A stretch of 64,000 nt of DNA from an uncultured Christensenellaceae bacterium (lineage in GTDB: Bacteria > Bacillota > Clostridia > Christensenellales > Pumilibacteraceae), in NCBI GenBank assembly GCA_910587025.1, contig CAJUKR010000003.1, positions 116-64,115 of the forward strand. The letters run 5' to 3'. Both the position numbers and the translations under genes were made by a program. Of this stretch, positions 36,201 through 43,473 are shown one piece after another. A model generated the notes under the pieces. It had not been told where the DNA came from. It searched no databases and saw nothing but the letters and a program-made list of their open reading frames with translations. Within the stretch, counting starts at the first letter, position 1, and each line of letters begins with the position of its first letter.

Positions 36201-37250
36201 TCGGAAGAACACAGAGTATTATTTGCCAAAAAGTATTACGGATGCTACGTAAACGATTCGACGGGCAAAAAGGGCATGGATCCGGCTTACGCTTTGTCGT
36301 ATGACGGTTCGACTTGGGTTTCGTACCGCGATCTTAATCGGGACTTCGGCGACGCCGTAGACAGACTTCTGAATACGACGGGAGATAACTACGGCGAACC
36401 GAACGACGCGGGAACTCTGAATGACGGCGATATCGCATTTATCGTAAATCGAATCGAAGAAGACTGGTCGACATGGAAACCCGACGACGATAAAGTTTTA
36501 CCCGAAAAGTTTTATATACGAAATCGTAATAACTCGGAAAAAGAGCTTGATATAAAGGGATACTATGTCGTTCACGATTCGGGTAGCTACGAAACTTTGA
36601 TACTTTCGTCTTCGTTCGCTTCTTCGTTCTCAGTTTTTCCTTCGCCGGATTATTACGAATGGGAAACGGAATATGTGACCGATTACGTTGCGCCCGCGAA
36701 TTTGAAATACAACTATATCATAGCCGGATCCGCATCGCTTGCCGACGACATATACTTTATGCTCGAAGATAAGCCCAACTCGATTTCGTATAAGATGTAC
36801 GGAAATACGGTGTACAGCGACGCAAAGATGGCGATAAATATGATCGAAACGATGTCGATCGTATTCCTGATTATCGGACTTGTTATGGCGGTACTGTCCG
36901 CGCTCATGCTCTTCAATTTCATTTCCACTTCCATTTCGGTAAAGAGGAAGGAGATCGGAGTACTGCGCGCCGTCGGTGCGAGAGGGACGGACGTGTTCAA
37001 GATTTTCTTTGCCGAGGCTTTCATCATCGCGATGATATGCTTCGTCATTTCCGCGATCGCGAGCGGCGTGCTTTGTATCGTACTCAACGGAGTATTCGCC
37101 GGAGCGATAAATCTTTCTGTGCTGAATTACGGTTCGGTACAGATATTGCTGATTCTCGGCATATCCGTCGTCGTCGCGTTTGTCGCGACTATCCTGCCCG
37201 TATTCTTCGCGGCGAAGAAACCGCCCGTAGAATCCATACGAGCACTGTAA
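33282..37250 (+). CDS. MacB-type fused ABC ATPase / FtsX-family permease with a giant extracytoplasmic domain (1322 aa)
   Basis: Walker A 'GRSGSGKST', signature 'LSGGQKQR', Walker B 'IIMADEPT' and 'VSHD'. TM1 is at about aa 341-365, followed by about 825 aa rich in Y/N/D/G. The three C-terminal FtsX TM helices include 'VKRKEIGVLRAVGARG'. Confidence 0.88.
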   Translation: MLSVKDLVKVYKTKGGTEVRALDGVTVDFPEKGMVFLLGRSGSGKSTLLNVAGGLDKPDSGEVIVKGKSSKDFSGSDFDSYRNTFVGFVFQEYNILNEFNIEQNIALALQLQGKKNDKAAVNALLEQVDLVGMGKRKPNTLSGGQKQRVAIARALIKEPEIIMADEPTGALDSNTGKQVLDTLKKLSETKLVIIVSHDREFAEQYGDRVIELKDGKILSDSSKAYAAPTAVSANVNAIGEDTVRVKDWGKLTQEEFNSIYTMLKGKGGEVIITSSESDMPAVKRACKITDDGKREYFKDTAPGSVETKSYDGSKTKFIKSHLPVGHAVKMGASGLKTKPIRLFFTILISIISFTMFGVLSTMMMYDSVYSISEALRGTGYSTAMLEKTYHVVQNEYRVDSNGNRELQYTSENDITDRISAEELAAMNDNGRNIKFAGVFGKSNYSYNNYLGNQSSSSDGAQKYYPSSDFIGFSDCGETFMSANNFVKLAGDYPTEANEIAVSEYVYNQFKDKGFRSTNGSLVQITDYDKLIGMELNVFNSYYDNGNALKIVGIYNVGDLSKYKSILDGTYADKNSKEYKVLEAECRDEIAHGFHSLAFVSDTFYDKHSSTLTGGSSKYIETRHMYGVRARSEKDDYYNENISEYDMCSYYSEKTVRNNASEFTVYSKDGTLIDCGDFSLGENDAYINIRYLSNAARSLANASRNMERFYDNDGNVVYDARDGWSEESSGFWTNYAGDVSFTEVPGYVYAEEREMYIHKNGDSASYFDIINMYEQRECYMDRNGEYTSIRPDVDHLLYGNYGTYYSDGNGNYSTERKDGWEELNGDYYHLGSDSSVDPGTVYVEIKDGYYVGDVYLFVNVNDPTEIVGDRFDNWRSINGYYVYADGRMSSFIEDGYNSRGSFYFDSDTGELSLEYKNGYENYNGFYIDEEGNASVDYPENGDYTYKKGIYINADGDLSFTKKPGYVFRSEWFYNSEEHRVLFAKKYYGCYVNDSTGKKGMDPAYALSYDGSTWVSYRDLNRDFGDAVDRLLNTTGDNYGEPNDAGTLNDGDIAFIVNRIEEDWSTWKPDDDKVLPEKFYIRNRNNSEKELDIKGYYVVHDSGSYETLILSSSFASSFSVFPSPDYYEWETEYVTDYVAPANLKYNYIIAGSASLADDIYFMLEDKPNSISYKMYGNTVYSDAKMAINMIETMSIVFLIIGLVMAVLSALMLFNFISTSISVKRKEIGVLRAVGARGTDVFKIFFAEAFIIAMICFVISAIASGVLCIVLNGVFAGAINLSVLNYGSVQILLILGISVVVAFVATILPVFFAAKKPPVESIRAL

Positions 37251-37269
37251 TTCGCATAATACGGATTGT

Positions 37270-37308
37270 AAAACACCGTTCGGAATTCTTTTCGAACGGT
37301 GTTTTTTT
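37270..37308 (+). terminator. intrinsic terminator after the ABC gene
   Basis: AAAACACCGTTCG-GAATTCTTT-CGAACGGTGTTTTTTT. Confidence 0.85.
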
Positions 37309-37358
37309 ACGAAAAATCGTATAAAACGAAAGAATATGTCGGATTGTGTCGTTTTTTG

Positions 37359-37387
37359 TTGACTAAAACTACGTTATGCAATATAAT
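37359..37387 (+). promoter_or_regulatory. sigma-A promoter abutting the start of the YwaF-like gene (candidate leaderless)
   Basis: TTGACT (37359-37364), a 17-nt spacer, then TATAAT (37382-37387). Only 10 nt remain before the ATG at 37398, and there is no Shine-Dalgarno. Confidence 0.55.
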
Positions 37388-37397
37388 AATATATGAT

Positions 37398-38156
37398 ATG
37401 AACGATTTTTGGAAAACTTCCGAAACGATAGAACCGGGTAAAGGTTGGCCGTTTTTTTCGCCGCCGCATTTTCTGTGGCTTGCGATATGCGTGTTTTTTA
37501 TCGTTGCGGCAACGATCTCTTACGGTCGGTGCGGTGAAAAGGGAAGAAATATATGGCGTTTGGCACTGGGCATTTTCGTCGAAGTGAACACCGTTGCCGA
37601 TCAGATATTTCTTATCGCGACGGGGCAGTGGAACCGTTTTCATCTTCCGCTTCATTTGTGTTGCTTCGGGGCGTTTATCGTGACTGCGCATGCGATTTTC
37701 CCGAAAAACAAAACTCTTGCGGGATTGACGTATGCGCTTTCTATGCCTGGCGCAGTGCTTGCTCTCGCGACTCCGAACTGGGCGAATCTGCCTTTCTGGA
37801 ATTTTTCCGCTTTATTGAGCTGGACTTTCCATATAGTGTTGATCGCTTATCCGATCATGTTGATCGTGGGCGGGGGTTATCGCCCGTCGTTTAAGGATAT
37901 ACGCGCCACCGTTCCGATCATTCTCGGCGCGATCGCGATAATATACGGACTCAATATTCTGATCGATACCGATTTCCTGTTCATCAACGGAGCGGACAGC
38001 GTCGGTTGGATGCATGCCGTATATCTCCTCATGGGCAGGTCGTATATAATTATATTCGTTGTCATTATGGCTGTGCTTTGGACGATCGAGTTTTTACCTT
38101 TTTCGCTTGTCAAACGTCATAGGATAAGGGCAAGGGCGGTAAAGAGTTCCGTATAG
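37398..38156 (+). CDS. TIGR02206/YwaF-like polytopic membrane protein
   Basis: ORF 37299..38156 trimmed to 'MNDFWKTSE'. Contains 'FSPPHFLWL' and 'HLPLHLCCFGAF', with about 7 TM helices. Confidence 0.68.
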   Translation: MNDFWKTSETIEPGKGWPFFSPPHFLWLAICVFFIVAATISYGRCGEKGRNIWRLALGIFVEVNTVADQIFLIATGQWNRFHLPLHLCCFGAFIVTAHAIFPKNKTLAGLTYALSMPGAVLALATPNWANLPFWNFSALLSWTFHIVLIAYPIMLIVGGGYRPSFKDIRATVPIILGAIAIIYGLNILIDTDFLFINGADSVGWMHAVYLLMGRSYIIIFVVIMAVLWTIEFLPFSLVKRHRIRARAVKSSV

Positions 38157-38170
38157 AAAATTCCGTAAAT

Positions 38171-38204
38171 AAAAAAACCCGAACGGTATCGTTCGGGTTT
38201 TTTG
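38171..38204. terminator. bidirectional intrinsic terminator (YwaF-like gene / dapA)
   Basis: AAAAAAACCCGAACG-GTAT-CGTTCGGGTTTTTT. Confidence 0.85.
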
Positions 38205-38215
38205 CGTTCGGTGCT

Positions 38216-39097
38216 TTATTTCAATATACCGAGGTCTTTCATGATGCCCTTAAGCTGCTTTGCGTGATCCGGTTCCATTTCCGTGAGCGGAAGGCGGGGT
38301 TTGCCCGCTTTTATTCCGATAAACTCGAGCGCTTTTTTCGTCGGTATGGGATTGACTTCCATGAACAGCGCTTTTGCGAGCGGATCGAGCCGATACGACA
38401 GCTCGCGCGCTTCGTCGAATTTGTTTGCAAAGCAGGCGTCCGTAATCTTTTTCATTTCGGCGGGGCATACGTTTGCGACTACGGAAACGACGCCGACCGC
38501 TCCGAGCGCCATGAGGAATACGGTATAACTGTCGTTACCGCTGTAAACGTCCAGCTTTCCGCGGCACTCGCGGCACATTGCGAGCAGGTCGTCTATGTTC
38601 TCGCTCGCATCCTTTATCGCGACTATGTTCTTGTGCTCGGAGAGCTTTACGGCAGTCGCGGGGGATATCCTGAGCCCCGTACGCGTCGGTACGTTGTACA
38701 ACATGACGGGTACGGAAACCGCGTCTGCGATCGCGGTATAATGAGCGATGAGACCGTTCTGCGTACATTTGTTATAGTACGGCGTGACTACGAGCAGTCC
38801 GTCCGCGCCCTCGGCTTCGGCGATTTTGCTCATTTTCACGGCGTTCGCGGTATTATTGCTGCCTGTGCCGATAATGACCGGTACGCGGCGGTTTACGGTC
38901 TTGACCGCAAATTTGAACATCTCTATGCGCTCCTCTTCCGTCATGGTCGAAGGCTCGCCCGTCGTGCCGCCTACGATGACCGCGTCTGCGCCGCCGGAGA
39001 TTACGTGTTCGAGCAGTTTGCCGTATTCGTCGAAGTTGATTCCGTTTTCCGTCATCGGCGTGACGAGAGCAACGCCGACCCCCTTAAAAATACTCAT
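38216..39097 (-). CDS. dapA: 4-hydroxy-tetrahydrodipicolinate synthase
   Basis: 293 aa with 'GVGVALVTPM', 'GTTGE', 'YNVPTRTG' and the active-site Lys context 'IVAIKDAS'. Confidence 0.96.
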   Translation of the reverse strand: MSIFKGVGVALVTPMTENGINFDEYGKLLEHVISGGADAVIVGGTTGEPSTMTEEERIEMFKFAVKTVNRRVPVIIGTGSNNTANAVKMSKIAEAEGADGLLVVTPYYNKCTQNGLIAHYTAIADAVSVPVMLYNVPTRTGLRISPATAVKLSEHKNIVAIKDASENIDDLLAMCRECRGKLDVYSGNDSYTVFLMALGAVGVVSVVANVCPAEMKKITDACFANKFDEARELSYRLDPLAKALFMEVNPIPTKKALEFIGIKAGKPRLPLTEMEPDHAKQLKGIMKDLGILK

Positions 39098-39147
39098 TGT
39101 TTTATTCCTCTTTGTTATAATTTATATGCGTTTGATCCGTTCCGTGT

Positions 39148-40176
39148 TTATCTCTTGCACATGCGGTCTATGAAAAGCTGCGCGATCTGAACGGCGTTGG
39201 TCGCCGCGCCCTTACGGATGTTGTCGGCGACTACCCACATGTTGATACCGCTTTCTACGGTATAGTCCTTACGGATTCTTCCGACGTACACTTCGTCGTG
39301 ATCGGTCGCTTGAAGCGCGGTGGGGTAGACGTGGTTTGCGGGATCGTCCATTACGACGATGCCCGGCGTCTTTGCCAGTACTTCGCGTACGGCTTCGGGC
39401 GTGGCAGGCTTTTCGAATTCGACGTTGATGGATTCGCTGTGTCCGTAATAAACGGGAACGCGTACGCACGTCGCCGTGACTTTGATATCGGGCGCGTGAA
39501 GTATCTTGTGCGTTTCGTCGATCATTTTCTGTTCTTCTTTATAGTATCCGTTGTCGAGCAGAACGTCGATCTCGGGTATGCAGTTGCCTGCGATGGGGTG
39601 AGGGAACTTCTGCGGTATCGGCATACATGCGCCTTCGCTTTCGGCTTTAACTCCCGCTTCGAGGTCTGCGTAACCTTTTACGCCCGCGCCGGAAACAGCC
39701 TGGAACGTCGTGTAGATAACTCGCTTGATACCGAAAGCCTTATGTAAAGGATCGAGCGCGACCATTGCCTGAATGGTCGAGCAGTTTGGATTGGCGATAA
39801 TTCCCTTGGGATGATCGAATGCGTCCTCGGGATTGACTTCGGGAACGACGAGGGGTACGTTTTCGTCCATGCGCCAAAATGCCGAGTTATCGATTACGAT
39901 ACCGCCCGCGGCAGCGAACATGGGCGAGTAGATACCGCTCGCTTTGCCGCCCGCGCTCATGATGACGATTTCGGGTCTGTACTTGTTGATGTTTTCTTCG
40001 GTCGTTTCTATAACGGTATATTTCTTGCCGCAATACTCGATCTCGCTTCCCGCGCTCTTTGCCGAAGCGAACGGCATAAGTTCGCCGACCGGGAACTTTC
40101 TCTCGGCGAGAACCTGTAACATTTTTCTGCCGACCATACCGGTCGCGCCTACGACAGCCACTTTGAACTGTTTCAT
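39148..40176 (-). CDS. asd: aspartate-semialdehyde dehydrogenase
   Basis: ORF trimmed to the ATG at 40176 behind GGAGGAA. Contains 'VAVVGATGMVGRKM', 'IIANPNCSTI' and 'RVPVYYGHS'. Confidence 0.96.
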   Translation of the reverse strand: MKQFKVAVVGATGMVGRKMLQVLAERKFPVGELMPFASAKSAGSEIEYCGKKYTVIETTEENINKYRPEIVIMSAGGKASGIYSPMFAAAGGIVIDNSAFWRMDENVPLVVPEVNPEDAFDHPKGIIANPNCSTIQAMVALDPLHKAFGIKRVIYTTFQAVSGAGVKGYADLEAGVKAESEGACMPIPQKFPHPIAGNCIPEIDVLLDNGYYKEEQKMIDETHKILHAPDIKVTATCVRVPVYYGHSESINVEFEKPATPEAVREVLAKTPGIVVMDDPANHVYPTALQATDHDEVYVGRIRKDYTVESGINMWVVADNIRKGAATNAVQIAQLFIDRMCKR

Positions 40177-40189
40177 ATATTCCTCCGAA

Positions 40190-40420
40190 TAAAAAATAAA
40201 AATACCTTGTCGTATTCCGACAAGGTGCATACCGTAAACGATAGATCAATGCACTCCATACCGCCTTCGGTATGACAGTCGCGTAGCTCTTAATCTTCCG
40301 CGACCGACCGCGCCCGCCGTCCGCACGGCTTCCGCGATCTCGGCGACGATGCCCTTTCGCCTGCACGCCCCTGCGGAAGGTTTGTTGTGCCTGCGGCTAC
40401 TGATGCTCGACGCTCCTCAT
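40190..40420 (-). promoter_or_regulatory. lysine riboswitch (L-box) with terminator, controlling asd-dapA
   Basis: The minus strand reads GAGGAGCGUCGAGCAUCAGUAGCC..., GGCGAAAGGGCAUCGUCGCCGAGA, and GACUGUCAUACCGAAGGCGGUAUGGAGUGCAUUGAUC. These match the L-box core blocks as I recall them from B. subtilis lysC. A terminator follows: ACCUUGUCG-GAAUA-CGACAAGGU plus a U-run. Confidence 0.8.
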
Positions 40421-40516
40421 CGAAATTGCAACAAGATAATAGCACATTAAAGATTGGTTGTCAAGCTGTTTTTACTTGCTTTTCTCTTTTATTTTATGAT
40501 ATAACATATAGTAAGT

Positions 40517-40852
40517 ATGAACAAGGAACTTCTCAGAAGAATATTCGCGATAATCGCGCTCGTCGGTATAGTCGGCGTGACTGTGTTCGGCACGCTCGTT
40601 TTTTTTAACTTATTCTCCGATTATGCCGCATTGTTCGGCGCGCTTGCCGTTGCGTTCGCGTGTGTCGCGGCGGTATTCTTTATCCTGACTTACATTCTCC
40701 GTCCCATGAGTACGGACGTCGGTAAACCCGAAAGTTTCGATTCAGACGTCGCGGGCGGCGAAGCAGGCGACGGTCAATGCGATGTTGACGATTGCGCCGA
40801 CGTAAAAGAGGACGGGGTAACCGACGAAGAAGGAAAAGACGAGCAGGATTAA
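40517..40852 (+). CDS. hypothetical small membrane protein with acidic tail (111 aa)
   Basis: Two TM helices followed by a D/E-rich tail, with genome-typical codon usage. There is no clear Shine-Dalgarno. The last 111 nt overlap the convergent ORF. Confidence 0.4.
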   Translation: MNKELLRRIFAIIALVGIVGVTVFGTLVFFNLFSDYAALFGALAVAFACVAAVFFILTYILRPMSTDVGKPESFDSDVAGGEAGDGQCDVDDCADVKEDGVTDEEGKDEQD

Positions 40853-41113
40853 CGCCGTAATGGCGAAGCGTCTTGCGTTTTGCCGCGTAAGCGCGGCTTT
40901 GAAAACGGCTTTGAGTTTTGTTCCGAATTTTTCTTTCGGTTTACGCTCCGTCGCGGGCGCGGGTTTGATCCCTATTGCGCCTACCGTACACATGGCTGCC
41001 GAAAAGGACGCGAGTACCTTGGGCGCAAGCGCCACTCCGATTTGGGACAGCAGTATCCACCATGCCAGAAGTATAAGCAGTTTAAGACCGCATTTGTCGA
41101 TAAAATCAGCCAC
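40742..41113 (-). CDS. hypothetical membrane protein (123 aa, GTG start)
   Basis: Three or four hydrophobic segments around a basic loop 'ERKPKEKFGTKLK'. It overlaps the convergent ORF by 111 nt. Confidence 0.4.
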   Translation of the reverse strand: MADFIDKCGLKLLILLAWWILLSQIGVALAPKVLASFSAAMCTVGAIGIKPAPATERKPKEKFGTKLKAVFKAALTRQNARRFAITALILLVFSFFVGYPVLFYVGAIVNIALTVACFAARDV

Positions 41114-41150
41114 GTAATGATTATTACCTTATTTTTCGAAGGATAAACAG

Positions 41151-42152
41151 ATGGAAACAGTGATTCTGAAACCGAGCGAAGAAAACATCGCGAAATGTGC
41201 CGAACTTATCCGTAAAGGAGAGACGGTCGCATTCCCGACCGAAACCGTATACGGTTTGGGCGCAAGCGCGCTCTCTTCGCGCGCCGCGGAAAAAATCTTC
41301 GCCGCGAAGGGCAGACCCGCCACGAATCCTCTCATTATCCATGTCGCTGACAAAGCGCAGATCGAAGCGGTTGCGGAAACGGACGATAAATCGCGCAGGC
41401 TGATAGACGCGCTTATGCCCGGACCGCTTACTCTCGTCCTTCCGAAAAAAAGCGTAGTGCCCGACATCGTGACCGCGGGGTTCGATACCGTGGCGGTGCG
41501 TATGCCCGATCATCCCGTTGCTCTCGCGCTTATTCGGGAAGCGGGAGTGCCGGTATGCGCTCCGTCGGCGAATACTTCTTCGAGACCCTCGCCTACGATG
41601 GCTCAGCATGTTTACGACGATCTGTGCGGCAGGGTGCCTGTAATACTGGACGGAGGGAAATGCCCGCTCGGACTGGAAAGCACCATAATCAATATGACCG
41701 AGAGCGTTCCGCGTATAATGCGCGCGGGATCGGTCGATTCTTCGGATATAGAACGGGTGATCGGGAGCGTCAATAAAGAATCGGTCATGATCGATTCGCT
41801 TGCCGATATCAAAACTCCCGCGCATTTCGTTCCCAAAGCCGAGTTGACGTTTTCGGCGTTTTACGAGAATATGTGTTCGGTTATTATCGGATACTATGAT
41901 ACGGTCGCTCTGTTGCGTGGTCGCCGTCCGGTCATACTGTGCACGGCGGAGCATGCGGCGGAATACGGCGGCAGGGAAATATCGGTGGTCGGTGAGAGCG
42001 TGAGCGATTACGCAAGCTGTCTTTTCGAAAAGATCCGCGAAGCCGAAAAAAACAATTACGATCTGATTATCGCCGAGGGCGTGCCTCTCGGAGGGATAGG
42101 CACCACGCTTATGTCCCGACTTATGAAACTTTCGAACGGAAACGTGATCTGA
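41151..42152 (+). CDS. tsaC: L-threonylcarbamoyladenylate synthase, long Sua5/YwlC type
   Basis: 333 aa with 'VAFPTETVYGLGA', 'IFAAKGRPATNPLIIHV' and 'APSANTSSRPSPT', plus a Sua5 C-terminal domain. Confidence 0.92.
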   Translation: METVILKPSEENIAKCAELIRKGETVAFPTETVYGLGASALSSRAAEKIFAAKGRPATNPLIIHVADKAQIEAVAETDDKSRRLIDALMPGPLTLVLPKKSVVPDIVTAGFDTVAVRMPDHPVALALIREAGVPVCAPSANTSSRPSPTMAQHVYDDLCGRVPVILDGGKCPLGLESTIINMTESVPRIMRAGSVDSSDIERVIGSVNKESVMIDSLADIKTPAHFVPKAELTFSAFYENMCSVIIGYYDTVALLRGRRPVILCTAEHAAEYGGREISVVGESVSDYASCLFEKIREAEKNNYDLIIAEGVPLGGIGTTLMSRLMKLSNGNVI

Positions 42153-42153
42153 A

Positions 42154-42660
42154 ATGAGCGAAACGAAAAAAGAAAAAGTAAACGTGCTGTTTGTTTGCAC
42201 GGGCAATACCTGCCGTTCGCCTATGGCGGAACAGCTTTTTTCCGATTGGCTCAAAAAGGAGAAATCGACGTCCGTAGCCGATGTTTCGAGCGCGGGCATT
42301 TATGCCGAAAACGGCAAGCCTATGACGCCCGAAGCGGCGGGCGTGCTTTTCGAATCGGGTATTTCCGTCCGTCCGCATAAGTCGCGGTTGCTTACCATCG
42401 ACGTTATACAGAATGCCGATGTTATCGTCTGCATGACGGAAGAACACCGCGACGCGCTGTTGCATTCTTTTTCTTACCTTGCGGCGGCAAGCGACGGAAG
42501 ATACCGCATAGTCGGCACGGTGCGCGAACTTACCGGTACCGACGTAGGAGATCCGTTCGGTCGCGGAGTGGACGCATACCGCGTCGCGGCAAACGCGCTT
42601 TCCGAAATGTGCGCGCCGCTTTTCGCCGAGGTATGCAGATACCGCGACGAGTATAAGTAA
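42154..42660 (+). CDS. low-molecular-weight protein phosphatase (YwlE-like arginine/tyrosine phosphatase)
   Basis: 168 aa with the P-loop 'VLFVCTGNTCRSPMAE' and a catalytic 'DPFG' Asp loop. Confidence 0.9.
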   Translation: MSETKKEKVNVLFVCTGNTCRSPMAEQLFSDWLKKEKSTSVADVSSAGIYAENGKPMTPEAAGVLFESGISVRPHKSRLLTIDVIQNADVIVCMTEEHRDALLHSFSYLAAASDGRYRIVGTVRELTGTDVGDPFGRGVDAYRVAANALSEMCAPLFAEVCRYRDEYK

Positions 42661-42688
42661 AATCGAGATCATCGAGGGATATATATTT

Positions 42689-43147
42689 ATGAAAATCGCA
42701 ATGGCCGCAGACGATGCGGGAAGAGAACTCAAGAATATAATCAAAGCAGACCTTTGCGCAAAAGGGCATGATGTGGTCGATTTCGGATTGGATGTATCCG
42801 AACCCACCGCCGATTATCCCGATTATGCGCTCCCCGCCGCCGAAGCGGTGGCGTGCGGCGAGTGCGATCGCGGCATCATCGTATGCGGTACTGGCATAGG
42901 CGTCAGTATGTGCGCAAACAAGGTCAAAGGCATTAGGTGCGCGCACGTTACGGATTGTTTTTCTGCGGAAGCCACGCGTTTGCATAACGATGCCAACATG
43001 CTTGCGCTCGGCGGAAGAGTGACCGGCTCGGGGCTTGCGCTCAAGATCGCCGATATATTTCTGAGTACGGAATATTCGGGCGCGGAAAGGCATACCCGTC
43101 GTATAAATAAGATCAAAGCGATCGAGGATAAGTATTTCAAGGTATGA
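42689..43147 (+). CDS. rpiB: ribose-5-phosphate isomerase B
   Basis: 152 aa with 'GIIVCGTGIGVSMCANKVKGIRCA' and 'HNDANMLALGGR'. Confidence 0.94.
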   Translation: MKIAMAADDAGRELKNIIKADLCAKGHDVVDFGLDVSEPTADYPDYALPAAEAVACGECDRGIIVCGTGIGVSMCANKVKGIRCAHVTDCFSAEATRLHNDANMLALGGRVTGSGLALKIADIFLSTEYSGAERHTRRINKIKAIEDKYFKV

Positions 43148-43470
43148 GCGAACAGACTATAAAGGACATCATGTCCGACATCACCGAAGCCGAAGCGAAA
43201 GCGGCGGAGATCATAAGAGCGGCGGAAGCGAAAGCGGCGGAGATCAATGCTTCGTGCAATGCCGAAGCCGAAGAACGCGCCGCTTCGGAGAGCGATCGCG
43301 CGAAAAAGCTCACGGCGGAAGCTCTTGCCGAAGCGCGCGAAGAGGGTGAAAAACGCGGAGCGGAGCTTATCGCCGCGACCGAAAAAGAAAATGCCGCGCT
43401 CGAAAAGAAAGCGGAAAAGAATATAGACGCGGCGGCGGAAATAATAGTTAAAAGGGTGCTTGAATTATAA
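43144..43470 (+). CDS. V/A-type ATPase peripheral-stalk subunit (G/H-like coiled coil)
   Basis: 108 aa, rich in Ala/Glu/Lys and helical. It shares an ATGA overlap with rpiB and holds the first position of the ntp-type operon. Confidence 0.7.
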   Translation: MSEQTIKDIMSDITEAEAKAAEIIRAAEAKAAEINASCNAEAEERAASESDRAKKLTAEALAEAREEGEKRGAELIAATEKENAALEKKAEKNIDAAAEIIVKRVLEL

Positions 43471-43473
43471 GGT

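Noticed and set aside
39887-40366. A 159-aa minus-strand ORF extending upstream of asd across the leader region.
   Set aside because: It is in a different frame from asd and has an Arg-rich translation. It overlaps sequence that matches the lysine riboswitch core and its terminator. The RNA element explains the conservation-like structure better.
43192-43246. A perfect 22-nt direct repeat, GAAGCGAAAGCGGCGGAGATCA, present twice 33 nt apart.
   Set aside because: It is in frame inside the coiled-coil stalk subunit gene and encodes 'EAKAAEI' twice. This is an ordinary heptad-like duplication in a low-complexity helix, not a regulatory or mobile repeat.
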